64,000 nucleotides of DNA from Octopus vulgaris (lineage: Eukaryota), in NCBI GenBank assembly GCA_951406725.2, contig OX597832.1, positions 28,644,001 through 28,708,000 of the forward strand, written 5' to 3'. The position numbers were made by a program, and so were the translations under genes. Below, piece after piece: positions 39,037 through 54,429 of this stretch. Position 1 is the first letter of the stretch. Every line of letters starts with the position of its first letter. Below the pieces are notes generated by a model. The model made no database searches, was not told the origin of the DNA, and saw nothing but the letters and a program-made list of their open reading frames with translations.

Positions 39037-39843
39037 ATAACGCACGTAACATGGTGTTTATTCCGAGATATTTGTAAGTTTGTTCCTGTTCGAATTATTA
39101 TTGATAGGAGAGAAATAAAAGTGAGACAGCTGAGTTTCATATCTTCGAATTTGAAAAGAAAAACATGGCTGCAACTGATGAGGAACGCCAGAGCTTCATA
39201 TCTAACCACGAAGTAGTGGAACAGGGAAACTGAATGAGAAACGGGAAAATGAATAGAATGAGAAGAGAAATCAGGCAAAGAGAAGAGGAAGGTGCAGGGA
39301 AAAATGAAGTGAGAAGGGAGTTTATTGAATTACCTTCTACGTATGAGTAAAAGGCAAGGCATTAATTTGATCCTGTTGATAACACGGTACCAGGTTCGAA
39401 TACGAAGCGTCGTACCTTCCGTTTTCTTGTGTATATATGCATCTGTGTGTGTATGCATGCACACGCATAAACAAGCGAGCACATAGACACTTATGCGTTC
39501 ATACATGCACACACACACACACACACATAATACATTGAGAACTATAAAGGGGGCAGCTAATTAGAAGCCTACAGTTACAAGCCACCAGTGGAATGGTCAA
39601 CTATGTAAAACTTTCCTAAAGTTTAGCATTTAAGTACGTATGCAAATGTCTATACATGCGACTATGTGTATGATTAGTATGGTTAGACAGACATAAAACA
39701 TACAAAGCTGCACATGCGCATATATACACGCATACATGCACAAATATCCTGTTGATATGTTGCTGAAATTCCAATGAAAGAACCTTGGGATCGAGTTTTG
39801 AGACTGGCTCTTTTACGGATGGCAAGAAATTTAGCAATAATCT

Positions 39844-39904
<61 letters not shown>

Positions 39905-40319
39905 CACCACACCACACCACACGAAGAAGTGAGAGAGAGAGATAAAGCGATAGAGAGTCAGAGAGAGACAGCTGGGTAGATATGATCTTAAGTAAGAAAG
40001 TGGGAGGACAAAGAGGATGAGGAAGAGGAAGAGGAAGAGTGAAATTGAAGAGACGTGATGAGAAATAAACTACGTTAACTAGGAATGTTGATGTTTGTTC
40101 GTTAGAGAACTGATAAAAGATGGCGGCGGTGGAGGCGATGAGAGGAGGAGGAGGAGGAAGAGGATGTAGATCGACAACAACAACAGCAACATTGATAACA
40201 ATGACCAGATGTATCCAGTCTTGTCTGTGACTAATTATATAAACATCTTTTGGTGCTTCCAGTAACCTCCACTTCTTATGTAGTCCCATGATTCTAGTCT
40301 CTTGTCTTTGAGAGTCTGA

Positions 40320-40655
40320 GAGAGATAGAGAGAGAGAGGGAGAGGGGAGAGAGGGGAGAGAGGGGAAGGAGAGAGAGAGGGGAGAGATGGGAGAGAGGGA
40401 GAGAGAGAAAGAGGAAGAGGGGAGAGAGGGGAAGGAGAGAGAGAGAGGGAGAGGGGAGAGAGGGGAAGGAGAAAGAGAGAGGAGAGAGGGGAGAGAGGGG
40501 AAGGAGAGAGAGAGGGGAGAGATGGGAGAGAGGGAGAGAGAGAAAGAGGAAGAGGGGAGAGAGGGGAAGGAGAGAGAGGGAGAGGGGAGAGAGGGGAAGG
40601 AGAAAGAGAGAGGAGAGAGGGGAGAGATGGGAGAGAGGGAGAGAGGGAGAGAGAG
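40320..40655. repeat. Homopurine (G/A) tract with higher-order duplication
   Basis: gagatgggagagagggagag recurs at ~40384, 40518 and 40624; almost no pyrimidines. Confidence 0.9.
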
Positions 40656-41004
40656 GTGTTTTGTTTTTGTTTATTGTTATTTTTGTTTTAACCCCCGCCA
40701 CCACCACCAGTTTTCTACATCATCATCATCATCAACATCAACAACAACTGCAACAATCTCAGCAACTACAACATCAACAGCAACTTTATCAGTAAAACAG
40801 GAACGAGTACAACAACAACAACAACAGTAGAAGCAGCAACAGCAACAACAACAACAGCAGCAATGACAGCTGCAACAATAACAACAAATAAGAGCAACAA
40901 GAACAAGAACAGCTCCATCAATCTCAACAACAACAGTAACAATAACAACAAAACCATCAATAGGGTCCACCACCACCACCACCACCACCACCACGGCCAC
41001 CACC

Positions 41005-41040
<36 letters not shown>

Positions 41041-41235
41041 GATCCCCGTGTTTATTCCTAACGGTTTCATTCACTCTCCCTTACACTCCACAAAAACAAA
41101 GGCGTCATGCAGGGTTTCGCTCACTTGACCCTTCTTTTCTCCAGTTTAACGTCATCTTTCATGCACTTACATTTCTGGCGACTGTTGTTCCCATTTCTTT
41201 CTGTTCCCTAAAATCTCAATAGTAGTAGTAGTAGC

Positions 41236-41289
<54 letters not shown>

Positions 41290-41956
41290 TTCTATACATA
41301 GAGCAACCACCACGCCTCACTTCTTATCTTTTCATTTTCATTTTCATTTTTATTTTATTTTATTTTATATTTTTTTCTCCCCATTCTGAAATCTAGATCT
41401 ATTGACCTTTAAAACGCAATCACTTTCTGCTCTAGTCCACCCAAAAATAAAACGTAATCTGTGATACAGAGACACAGAGAAAGAGAGAGAGAGAGTGTGT
41501 GTGTGTGTGTGTGGCGGCCCCACCCCTGTATGACTTAGTAACGTTCAACAATAGTTACTTTGTAAACATAGTCCAGCCCCAGACCCTCTTTTCCCCACCT
41601 TCAATAATCGTTTTAAATGTTTCTATGCTGCGTTCTTGGCTTTTTATCGGAAGACAAATTCTCTGTCAAGGGTCCTCGGTCGATGACATTATATTAAGAT
41701 GATCGTTGGTCTCATGTTAATTTGCATTCAGTAGACCTCTATGATCAAAGATGGTCCGGCCATGACAAACCCACCTGTTATTTAGATATAATGTAGGCAC
41801 CGTTTCCTTTTCCTTTTTTTTTTTGTTGAAAATAGAATACGGTTGATTGTGATTAGAAGATTTAGCTGCAATTTCCTTGAAGCCCGGCTATCGTGTGGCT
41901 GTTTCCCTCTTGGGTTTATATATATGTACCTACCTACCTATCTGCTTGCCTGCCTA

Positions 41957-42331
<375 letters not shown>

Positions 42332-43121
42332 TACTGAGAAGCAGACAGGTAGAGAGAGAGAGAGAGAGAGAGAGCTAATTTCCTTCAAATCACGCACTCA
42401 AGTGTTTCAAAAAGCAAAGATACACACATAAATTATGTAACCCTAGATAGGTTATGGTTAATGAAAGGCAAAGATGGTCACGGTTGGAATGCCTTTGATT
42501 AGAGTTGTGCCGGATCAGGATTGTATTGGAGCTGAACGACAACAACAACAGCATTCATTCGTAACAATAACAACAGAGGAAGGTTCTATGTGGTCCCTGG
42601 ACCTGCAAGAAATAACAGTGAAATCTCTCTCAAAACACACCCTACCTAGAAAAAGGAAGGGCATCTTTGATAATATTGTTTTTCTCTGATAATCTAGAAG
42701 GGATGGTCATGTGGCTAGATGGTCTTTGATCATAGCTTTATCCATTCAGGACCAGTAACAGCTACATCAGCGCTAATTAGATGATTGCCTGACGTAAATT
42801 TCCTCAACGGAACCGAAGGCAATAGTTTCACGCAAAATCTTCATCAGACTGCGTTGTGGTTGTTGCTGTTGTTGTTGTTGTTGTTGTTGTTGTTGTAGTA
42901 TATTGATGAGGTCTACTGCAGTTATATTTTGCATAATATTGGTGCATTATACTGCAGTTAAGTCTGCAGACGTAACTGCAAATGTGTCTGCAAGTCTGTC
43001 TGCTGCCGTTTCGTTTGGTATCGATGTCCGCAAACAATTTATATTTCTAATCAGTAAAAACTATTTCTGTTGGTTAATAAATAAATAAATAAATAAATAA
43101 AAATAAATAAATGTGTATATA

Positions 43122-43328
43122 GGCGCAGGAGTGGCTGTGTGGTAAGTAGCTTGTTTACCAACCATATGGTTCCAGGTTCAGTCCCACTGCGTGGCACCTT
43201 GGGCATGTGTCTTCTACTATAGCCTCGGGCCGACCAAAGCCTTGTGAGTGGATTTGGTTGACGGAAACTGAAAAGAAGCCTGTCGTATATATGTATATAT
43301 ATATATATATATATACACACGTACACAC

Positions 43329-43424
<96 letters not shown>

Positions 43425-43440
43425 GTGTATACGTGTGTAC

Positions 43441-43517
<77 letters not shown>

Positions 43518-43740
43518 AGTGTGTGTGTTTGTGTGTCTGTGTTTGTCCCCCTAGCTTTGCTTGACAACCGATGCTGGTGTATTTATGTCCCCGTTACTTA
43601 GCGGTTCGGCAAAAGAGACTGATAGAATAAGTACTGGGCTTACAAAAAGGATAAGTCTCGGGGTCGAGTTGCTCGATTAAAGGCGGTGCTCCAGCATGGC
43701 CGCTGTCAAATGACTGAAACAAGAAAAAGAGTAAAAGAGT
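43122..43740 (+). mobile_element. SINE family B with a ~250-bp internal (TA)n expansion
   Basis: Both halves intact around 43286-43540. Confidence 0.92.
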
Positions 43741-43754
43741 ATATATTCTGTTAT

Positions 43755-43888
43755 TCTTTTATTTGTTTCAGTCATTTGGCTGCGGCCATGCTGGAGCACC
43801 GCCTTTAGTCGAACGATTCGACCCCAGGATTTATTCTTTGTAAGCCAAGTACTTAATCTATCGGTCTCTTTCGCCGAACCGCTAAGCT
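43755..43888 (-). mobile_element. SINE family B 3' fragment, tail-to-tail with the previous copy
   Basis: ttgtttcagtcatttggctgcggccatg...gccgaaccgctaag. Confidence 0.85.
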
Positions 43889-44744
43889 ACATGAGCATGC
43901 GCATGTTTTTGAGTGGGTGAGCATGTTTCTGTGTATGCGTGTGTGTGTACTATTTCAAATTGCACATATTTCAACTGTAATCATTGATCTGTATGCGTGT
44001 GCTTTTCGTGAACCCAAAGAGAGAGTTTAAAGATTCGTCCCACAACCTGAAAACTTTAAATTCTTCATCTCTTTCGGACGCTTCTGAAATATTTCAGAGG
44101 AATTATATTCCTTCAATGCTTTCCTTTGATTGACAAGGATATAATGAAGAGATAAGCCGGACGCTCAGATTAGGCGAATCTCGGTTTTCATTCAATTTGC
44201 TCGGCGTTCGGACTGCAGATTCCTGTCAGATTTCATTTAAACAGTTTCTGATATTGATTCCAGACCAGAAATTATCTGAGAAAGGGAATCAGCGATAGGA
44301 CCAATCTTGATACACGCAGGGTACCAATTCTACAGAAAAAGGGGGAAATAAAGCAACGAGAAAAACACGAAGGATTCATAAAAACAGACGACGAGGAAGA
44401 GGTGGAGGAGAGGGATAAGGAGAGAGGGGGAGGAAGTGGAAGAGGAGGAGGCGGCGGAGGAGGAGGATAAATATGAAGAATTAAATGACATGGCAGTTAT
44501 GGGGAGAGTTAAACACGTGGGAAATTCGTTTATTTTATTTGGTGTATTTTAAGGGATTAACGAAGATTTGTATTCATTTTCATCATTTTGTAATAAGCGC
44601 CAAGAAATTTGAACAAAATTGAAATATAATTATTGCATGGATGTCTTATTTCCTGATAATACCCGTGGTCGTAAAAATATACTTCCAAATGTGACCAGCC
44701 ATATAACGGGAAAACACACACATACATATATGTACGTTTCTATA

Positions 44745-45317
44745 ACGGGCTTCTAGTTTCTGTCTACCAAATCCACTCACAAGGATTTGGTCAGCCCGAG
44801 GCCATAATAGAGGGGGATTTGGCCAAGGTGCCACGACGTGGGACAGAACCGGGAAACATATGGTTGGGAATTAAGCTTCTTACCACACAGCCACGCCTGC
44901 GACGATATATTTATATATACTCTTTTTTTTACTTGTTTCAGTCATTTGACTGCGGCCATGCTGGAGCACCGCCTTTTAATTGAGCAACTCGACCCCGGGA
45001 CTTATTCTTTTGTAAGCCCAGTACTTATTCTATCGGTCTCTTTTGCCGAACCGCTAAGTAACGGGGGCATAAACACATCAGCATCGGTTGTCAAGCAATG
45101 CTAGGGGGACAAACACAGACACACAAACACACACACGCATATATATATGCATATATACAACGGGCTTCTCTCAGTTTCCGTCAACCAAATCCACTCACAA
45201 GGCTTTGGTCGGCCCGAGGCTATAGTAGAAGACACTTGCCCAAGGTGCCACGCAATGGACTGAACCCGGAACCATGTGGTTGGTAAACAAGCTACTTACC
45301 ACACAGCCACTCCTGCG

Positions 45318-45319
<2 letters not shown>
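44745..45319 (-). mobile_element. SINE family B: a 5' half (44745-44900) and a full copy (44920-45319)
   Basis: RC of the family B consensus. Confidence 0.88.
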
Positions 45320-45372
<53 letters not shown>

Positions 45373-45457
45373 CTTACTTAGAAGAGGATACGTGGCGTTC
45401 AATATATATATGTATGTATAACTTTGCCACACATATACACACACACGTACATATATA

Positions 45458-45525
<68 letters not shown>

Positions 45526-45967
45526 CATAATTTTGCCACTGAGCTTCCAATTACATAACGTAGGAGACTTTACTCTAGAGACAGTTACTCATGTGATCAA
45601 CTATATTTAAAACATTTAAAGCGGTGACGAAGGAAAACAAAATTCTAATAAAATCTAAACGTATTTTGTTTTTTCAGAAAAGTAGGTTTTTGCTAAAATA
45701 CGCTGTTTATAGAGAATGGTTAAATTAAATATAGCTTCCTGTTTTGTTCTGTCTGCAATAATGCTTAGGACTTAATATTAATTAATATTTCCATGTTTTA
45801 TATACTAATTAGTATTTATATGTTTTATTTATAAATTTTTTACTGATAACATCGAATACGAAGTAATGGTCGCTCTGCCTAGATTAATGGCGATGTTAAA
45901 AATGGCTGTTTGGTTAAAAGCTGGCGTTCTGGTGGCATTAGTTCTAATGTGTGTGTGTACGTGTGCG

Positions 45968-46012
<45 letters not shown>

Positions 46013-46344
46013 TGCATGTATGTATGTATGTATGTATGTATGTATGTATGTATGTATGTATGTATGTATACAGGTATGTATGAATAGAAGTATGAATGTG
46101 CGTATAAATGTATACCTGTATGAAGGAGCATTCGTTTATGCATGTGTGTATGCATGTATATATATATATATGCATGTATGTATGTATGTATGTATGTATG
46201 TATGTATGTATGTATGTGTATATATATATATATATATATCCAGAGAACTGAAACAAAAGAGGGACAAGAAAAAACACGGACGGGTATTCGAAGTTTTCTG
46301 TCCTCAGCATATATACATATATACATACATACATACATACATAG

Positions 46345-46384
<40 letters not shown>

Positions 46385-47600
46385 TACATATATACGTAAT
46401 GCATAGATATATTGTTTTTGACGCAGCCACTAAATTGCATTCCCAATCTATTCATACTTGCGAACGTACCATTACAATGCTGTTCACATAGATATTTGGA
46501 CACATCGTATAATGTACCCCCTTTATTTTAAAACAAGAAATAGTTGAGAAAGATTTGAAGGGCCTAACTGCTATTTCTAGCAGGTATCTTGACCAAATAG
46601 AATCTCCACCATAGCAGAAATGCTGCACACAGGTGGCCTTTCTGCATCACACCCGACAACTGCTCGTCACTGCATCTTGTAACTCCACCAGCGCGTTAGT
46701 CAAAAGCGCCTACCACTTACTCTGTTCTCTGTTAAAGCACAGGAAATTCCTAAAGTTGTTTAAGGCTCTTTTCTTCAACAGGGAGAAGAGAAATGCGAAG
46801 ATCTTATTAATGACAATCAGATCAACAACGTCAGAGTCTTTCTCTGTTCACTGATGAGGAGCAATATTCCGAAACAATGTTCAACGTTGTACTCCCGGCA
46901 GCAATTGAACTCGTCAGTATTCCACTGTCCCGGAATAATTATAAGCATCTCAGAACTTCACCAGGTTCCTTAGATTCTGGTCTTTATCCTAAATGCTACA
47001 AACCTTCGTGTCTGGAGCTCTTCATATCGAAAATAGATGGCAGAATTTTGGTAAGAAAGAAGGAGGAATATTTTAAAGTAATCGCTTCTTTCTGTTCATC
47101 TTTCATTATTTCACTTCTTTTGTATTTGAATTCCATTATGTTGCTTCGAAACATTCAAGAATTAATCACCAACGGATGATCTCTATAACGCCTCTCCACC
47201 CGATCACACCGCTTCACACCCGTTTTACACCCTTATGCACGCCTATACATCATTGTGTACACACCATCTACATTAGTATACACCCATTTACAATTCTTTC
47301 ATCTTCAGAGACAGACATTTAAACAAAACTTACAAACTTTTACGATTGGTGAGAAGGTGCCGGTGTGAGAAACTGGCACGCTCACACACACACACACACA
47401 CGCGCGCACTCAAACACTTATATATACAGGTATATATGTGTGCGCGCACACATATACGCACAACTACATGACAAAACATACCAACAGATGCGCGAGTATA
47501 TACGTAACTGAAACACAAATTTATTAAAGGTGAACATACATACAAGCAGACATACATACATTCCTACATACATATATATATGTGTATATAGATGTGTGTG

Positions 47601-47691
<91 letters not shown>

Positions 47692-47711
47692 TAAACATAT
47701 ATATATGTATG

Positions 47712-47762
<51 letters not shown>

Positions 47763-47790
47763 TGCATCTATTTCACTCTTCCTCTCTCAC

Positions 47791-47865
<75 letters not shown>

Positions 47866-48179
47866 GCGTACATAGATAACATATGTGTACACGCATAGAC
47901 AGACACACACACATATATATACACACACGAACACATTAAAACAGTGATAAAGAGTAACAAACACATAATCCTATACCCATATATATATATACACATATAC
48001 TTACACACAAACGTTTGAATTGCGTATATATTGCACGTAGATGCATACATATATGTAGAGGTATATATACATACACACACCTACACACGTACATGTATAT
48101 ATGTGTATGTTTGTGTGTGCATACATACACACATATTCAAACGCATGTACTTATATACCTACCTAGCTACCTACCTACT

Positions 48180-48228
48180 TTCACACATACATACATACGT
48201 ACGTACGTACATACATACATACATACAC

Positions 48229-48277
<49 letters not shown>

Positions 48278-48393
48278 TACATACATACATACACACATAC
48301 ACACATATACACATACCTATCTTCACACATGCATACACAAAATCATACATACACTCATACATACATACATACATACACACATACATATATACA

Positions 48394-48487
<94 letters not shown>

Positions 48488-48501
48488 CATACATACATAT
48501 A

Positions 48502-48561
<60 letters not shown>

Positions 48562-48579
48562 CATACATACATACATACA

Positions 48580-48671
<92 letters not shown>

Positions 48672-48990
48672 CATACATACATACATACATACATAAATAC
48701 ATACATACATACATACATACATACATACATACATACATACATACATACATACATACATACATACATACATACATACATACACACACACATACATACATAC
48801 ATACATACATACACACATACATACATACATACATACATACATACATACATACATACATACACACACACATACACACACACGCACACACACACACGCACAC
48901 ACGCACACACATACATACATACATACATATATACATACATACACACACACACATACATACACACATAGATACATACACACACACATACGT
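48180..48990. repeat. ~800-bp (CATA)n array
   Basis: Directly visible. Confidence 0.95.
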
Positions 48991-49374
48991 ACATAAGAAC
49001 ACGGCAACCACTAAGAACAAAAAAGGGAACCAGACGGGGGCCAAAGGAAATGCTTTAAAAGGCGAAGTTGTTGGAAATCGTTTGAAGAAATGGTCTGGCT
49101 GTGTTTATGGTTCCTGGCAGCCTGTAACCGACTTCTTCTTCTCGCATTAAACAGTGAAATCATAAAATAAAGGGATTCCTTTCAGCGGCTTCAATCATAA
49201 AAGACGAGAAACTAGATCAGGCGGCAGCTTTCGGTCATAAACGACCTCAGGTACTTAGGAAAGGGTTACGCAATTTTTAAGTGAAACCCTGGCAAAAGTC
49301 GACCTTATTTTGGGCTGGGGTTTCATTGCTTTTAAATATACCAGGAAAGAAAGTAGGAAAGAAAGAAAGAATAT

Positions 49375-49531
49375 CTGTCTATCTACCTACCTACCTATCT
49401 GCCTATATACCGCTCACTCTATCTATCTACCTGCCTGCTTGCCTACCTATCTATCTACCTTTCTCTCCCCCACTCTGTCTGTCTGTCTCTCTATCTATCT
49501 ATCTACCTACCTACCTACCTACCTATCTACC

Positions 49532-49619
<88 letters not shown>

Positions 49620-49649
49620 ACTACCTGCATGCCTACCTATCTATCTACT

Positions 49650-49688
<39 letters not shown>

Positions 49689-49888
49689 CTATATCTACTA
49701 GATATATATCTACCTACCCACCTACCTACCTGCCTACTTACCTACCCACCTACCTACCTACCTACCTACCTACCTACCTACCGCCTACCTACCTACCTAC
49801 CTACCTACCTACCTACCTACCTACCTACCTACATACATACATACATACATACATACATACATACATACATACATACATACATACATAC
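49375..49888. repeat. Compound (CTAT)n/(CCTA)n/(CATA)n microsatellite
   Basis: Directly visible. Confidence 0.9.
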
Positions 49889-49899
49889 CAAGCTTCTCT

Positions 49900-50960
49900 G
49901 ATAACAGCATATATCGACGATGCCCTTTCTGTTCCATTCTCAATCAAGACTGCTGTACCCCATAGTTTGGTGTCCCCACCATCCACAGTTTTCCTTCTAT
50001 ACATCAACAACATGACCAACCTGCCACCACATTCGACGACAACCACTCTTATACATACGATACGACCCTTCATTTTTCCTTAGCGTTCCCCAACCATGCA
50101 TCGTCCGCACATAACCTAAAGCACCACACGTCAACCCTGCACAAATTCTACAAAAAGAAACCTTAAGAAGACCCTTCAGTTGAGTCCCACCAACCTTGTT
50201 TCTTATAAAGTGAATCGTTACTCATGTCGAGAAGGCACCTGTAAACCACATCCACCCACTGGAAATGAGTGACACTTTGCTGGAGTCTTCACAATCACCC
50301 CAAATGCTGGGACTCACTATGATCGAGGGTCGCTAGGGTCACATCCCCCAAAACTGGTCCATCTTATCAGGACCAGAAAATATTTCAATCCCCAATTACT
50401 GCTGACATTATAAAGCTCAACTGAAGCCACCTGATAGATTGCTGCTGCTGTTATGCACTATACCATACCTGGGAACAGTGCTCCTCCTGCTGTTATGCAT
50501 ATTATCACACCTGGGACAGCGCTGCTCCTGCTACTGCGCATAATAATACACCTGGGACAGTGCTTCTCCTGCTGCTGTGCATGATAATATACCTGGGACA
50601 TTGTTGCTGCTATGTACATGAACATCTTGCACTGCATCCAGAGAAGAACTACTCAGGTGATTGGAATTTAATCACTAACAGACATCCTTAAGCTTCTGGC
50701 TCACAGACAGGGCTGTGTCACCTCTATCTATCTTCTCTACCACTACTGTAATGGCCTCTGCTCTTTGAAGTTGGCTGGTCTTGTACCCTCACTCATCGGG
50801 CGCCCCTGAAGCACCCATCTTTTGATTTCTGGTCACCTTTGCTATTCTTCAACCCACCCCTATCCCTTGTCTTAACACCATCCATTATACCCGGTCGTTT
50901 CTTTCCAGGACACCATTCCTCTGGAACCTCCACCCTGCTCAGGGTTTTCTTGGTGTTGAC
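49900..50960 (+). pseudogene. Heavily decayed CR1/L2/Jockey-like LINE ORF2 (RT and C-terminus)
   Basis: AVPHSLVSPPSTVFLLYINN (cf. GVPQGSVLSPTLFLLYIND), YKAQLKP (cf. YKAQIRP), HTWDSA, ILHCIQRR and LAHR occur in the expected order. Confidence 0.7.
50445..50620. repeat. 4 x ~41-bp tandem repeat inside the LINE relic
   Basis: ctgct..tgca..at..acctggga.. units start at 50445, 50487, 50528 and 50569. Confidence 0.85.
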
Positions 50961-52237
50961 TTTATCGGAAGTTAGACAATGACCATTCCTCCACGCTCTG
51001 CAACCCCACTCCGCCAAGAACCCCCACCCCCCAAAAAAAAAAACAACAACAACAAAGAAACAAAGAGAGAAAGAAAGAAGGAAAGAAAGAAAAAAGAAAA
51101 CAAGGAATAGCAAGAAAAAAATATAAAAATTCTGCGATTATTCCTCAGGAGATGAAATTAAAGAACTGTTTATAATTCCATGGCTTTATATTTAGGCTGT
51201 GTTTAAGTGTTTGAGAGCCATTTTGTGTGTATGTGTGTGTGTGTGTTTGTGTGTGCATGTGTGTGTTTGTGTGTGTGTGTGTGTGTTTGTGTGTGTGTGT
51301 ATGTGTGTGTTTGTGTGTGTGTGTGTGTGTTGATGTATATATGTATATATGTATATATGTATATATATATGTGTGTGTGTTTGTGTGTGTGTGTGTTGAT
51401 GTATATATGTATATATGTATATATATATATATATGTGTGTGTGTATGTGTGTGTGTGTGAGACAGAGTTGATCATGTGATACAATGGAATCAGTGTACTG
51501 TTAATGAATCTGACACATGAAGGGGCCGTGGGAGTAGGGTGAGGTGGGGGGCTGCTGTACGTGTGTATGTGTAGAGGTATGTGTGTCTATATGTGTCTGT
51601 ATATATATATATTGTGTGTGTGTGTTTGTGTTTGTGTGTGTTGCGTGCGTGTGTCTATTACGGTTAATGGAGTGTGTATGTCCATGTAGACAGTTGACCC
51701 CCAGAGGTCAGTGAGGGGTTCAATTCTCTTCTAAAGATCTGAGATTGATCTTCACCAGAGTTGAAAGTTAAACAATGAAACTGTTGGCTGCTGTTTGGTG
51801 GAGATTATAGCGATAGGGCGGTGGTATCGGTGGTGGTGGCGGTGGTATCGGTGGTGGTCGATGTTGTAGTGATGGTTGTTGTAGCGGCGGCAGCGGTGGT
51901 GGTGGTGGTATCGATGGTGGAGGTAGTGGCGGTGATATTTGCGATGCTGATGCCGGGGGTATCGGTGATAGTGTTGGTTGTTGTGGTGGCGGCAGTGGTG
52001 GTGGTAGCGGTGGTGGTGGTGATGCTGGTGATGGTGTTGGTGGTGATGATGGTGGTGGTGGTGATGGTGATGGTAGTGGTGGTGATGGTAATGGTGTCGG
52101 TGCTGGGGGTGACGGTGGTGGTAATAGTAGCCGTAGTGGTGTTGGTGATGTTGGTGGTAGTATTGGTGGTGGTGGTGTTGATGGTAGGTAAGAATAATAA
52201 GGAGAAATAGGGAGAAGAAAGTGGTAGAAAAGGAAAC

Positions 52238-52294
<57 letters not shown>

Positions 52295-52748
52295 ATATAT
52301 GTGTGTATGTGTGTACGAGTGTGTGCGTGTGTGCATGTGTGCGTGTGCATATGTGAGTGTATGTTTAATCGTTTGAAACCAAACTGACCAAGTACAGACA
52401 GTACACACACGTACACACACATATATATGTATGTATATAGATATATACATATAGATATATATATATATATATATGATGAAGTGGTCATGGATCGCTGATT
52501 TCAACTGGTTAAGCAGCAGCAGCCGCAGCAGCGACAGCAACAACAACTTCAATAACCACACTTGTTCAGAAGGGAAACCGGTAGAAATAATACTGAGATC
52601 AGAGCCTACTTTCTTCAAACAGGAAGAATACACCTCTGACGACGACGACGACGGCGACGACGACGATTACCACACCACCACCACCACCACCACCACCACC
52701 ACCACCACCACCACCACCACCACCACTACCACCACCACCACGACCACC

Positions 52749-52780
<32 letters not shown>

Positions 52781-52846
52781 CAACATCAATGAAGGAAAGA
52801 AGAGCAATTAAGATTTTAAGAAGTTGGAATAAAGCAAGATGTTTTA

Positions 52847-53480
52847 TCTTTTACTAGTTCTAGATTGCGGCCATGCTGGAGCATCGCTTTGAAGAATTTT
52901 AGTCGAATGAATCGACTACAGGATTTTTACTTTCTTTTTTTTTTTTTAAACCTGAGACTTAGTCTATTGCCCTCGCTTTTGTCGAACCGCCAAGTTTTGG
53001 AGATGTAAACATACCAGCACCGGTCTTTAAGCGGTGGTGATAGATAGACAGACAGACATAAGGACACACACAGTCAAACACACACACATATATGTGTATG
53101 TATGTGTGTATATATACGACAGGCTTCTTTCAGTTTCCGTCTACCAAATCCACTCATAAGGCTTTGGTCGGTCCAAGGCTATAGCAGAAGACACTCGCCC
53201 AAGGTGCCATGCTGTAGGATTGAACCCGGAATCATGTGGTTGGGAAGTAAGCTTCTTGCCACACAGTCACGCCTGCTTCTCTCTTTTTTTTTGTTTGTAT
53301 ATATTTGTATACCTGTATATATTCATGCTTATGTCCCCGTGACTTAGCGGGTCGGTAAAAGAGACCGATAAAATAAGTACTGGACTTACAGGGAGTAAGT
53401 CCTGCGGTCCATTTGTTCGACTGGGGGCCGTGCTCCAGTATGGCCGCAGTCAAATGACTGAAGCAAGTAAAAGAATAAAA

Positions 53481-53521
<41 letters not shown>

Positions 53522-53708
53522 CTTGTTTCAGTCATTTGACTGCGGCCGTGCTGGAGCACCGCCTTTAATCGAGCAACTCGACCCCGGGACTTATTCTTTG
53601 TAAGCACAGTACTTATTCTATCGGTCTCTTTTGCCGAACCGCTAAGTGACGGGGACGTAAACAAACCAGCATTGGTTGTCAAGCAATACTAGGGGGACAA
53701 ACACAGAA

Positions 53709-53753
<45 letters not shown>

Positions 53754-53905
53754 CGACAGGCTTCTTTCAGTTTCCGTCTACCAAATCCACTCACAAGGCA
53801 TTGGTCGGCCCGGGGCTATAGCAGAAGACACTTGCCCAAGGTGCTACAGAGTGGGACTGAACCCGGAACCATGTGGTTGGTAAGCAAGCTACTTACCACA
53901 CAACC
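52847..53905. mobile_element. Cluster of three SINE family B copies (-, + 3' half, -)
   Basis: 52847-53274 (-), 53330-53482 (+), 53521-53905 (-). Confidence 0.88.
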
Positions 53906-54429
53906 ACGTGAACTACGATGAAAAAATATGAGAAAGATATGGTGTACAATTTTTTTTGTTCTTTTGTTCAGGGTTTCCTTGAGACAAGTGATTTATTTTA
54001 AGGGTTGCGCAAGGGTAAAAAGGTTGAGAAACACGGTTCCTTATAATCCTTCTGATTTCGTGTGCAGTCGAACAATCGAGGGCCTCCAAATATCAGACTG
54101 GTACAGTGAAGTGTTTCTACTCGTGATTCCGAGCGTGGTATATTTAGAATCAGATCGTATCTGTTCGTGCTTTAAAATTCTCTCTTACGCCGAAGTATAA
54201 TATATCTGTATATCTACATAACTTTATATCTGTCAATCGGAATATATTTGTGTTTCTTCTTATCTCTGTATATCTGAATATCTCTCTCTATATCTCCATG
54301 TTTCTGGATATATCTATACTTGGATCTTAAATTCTTTCCAAGCACTAGAATTTTTCCAAATTTTCTACACTGACGTGCTGAGGTACTAAATTCGCATTCC
54401 CCAAGAAATTAATTATACTTTCTTCTATA

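Noticed and set aside
42824-42852. Minus-strand CUGAUGA...GAAAC hammerhead-like core
   Set aside because: Helix II does not pair and no helix I or III partner was found.
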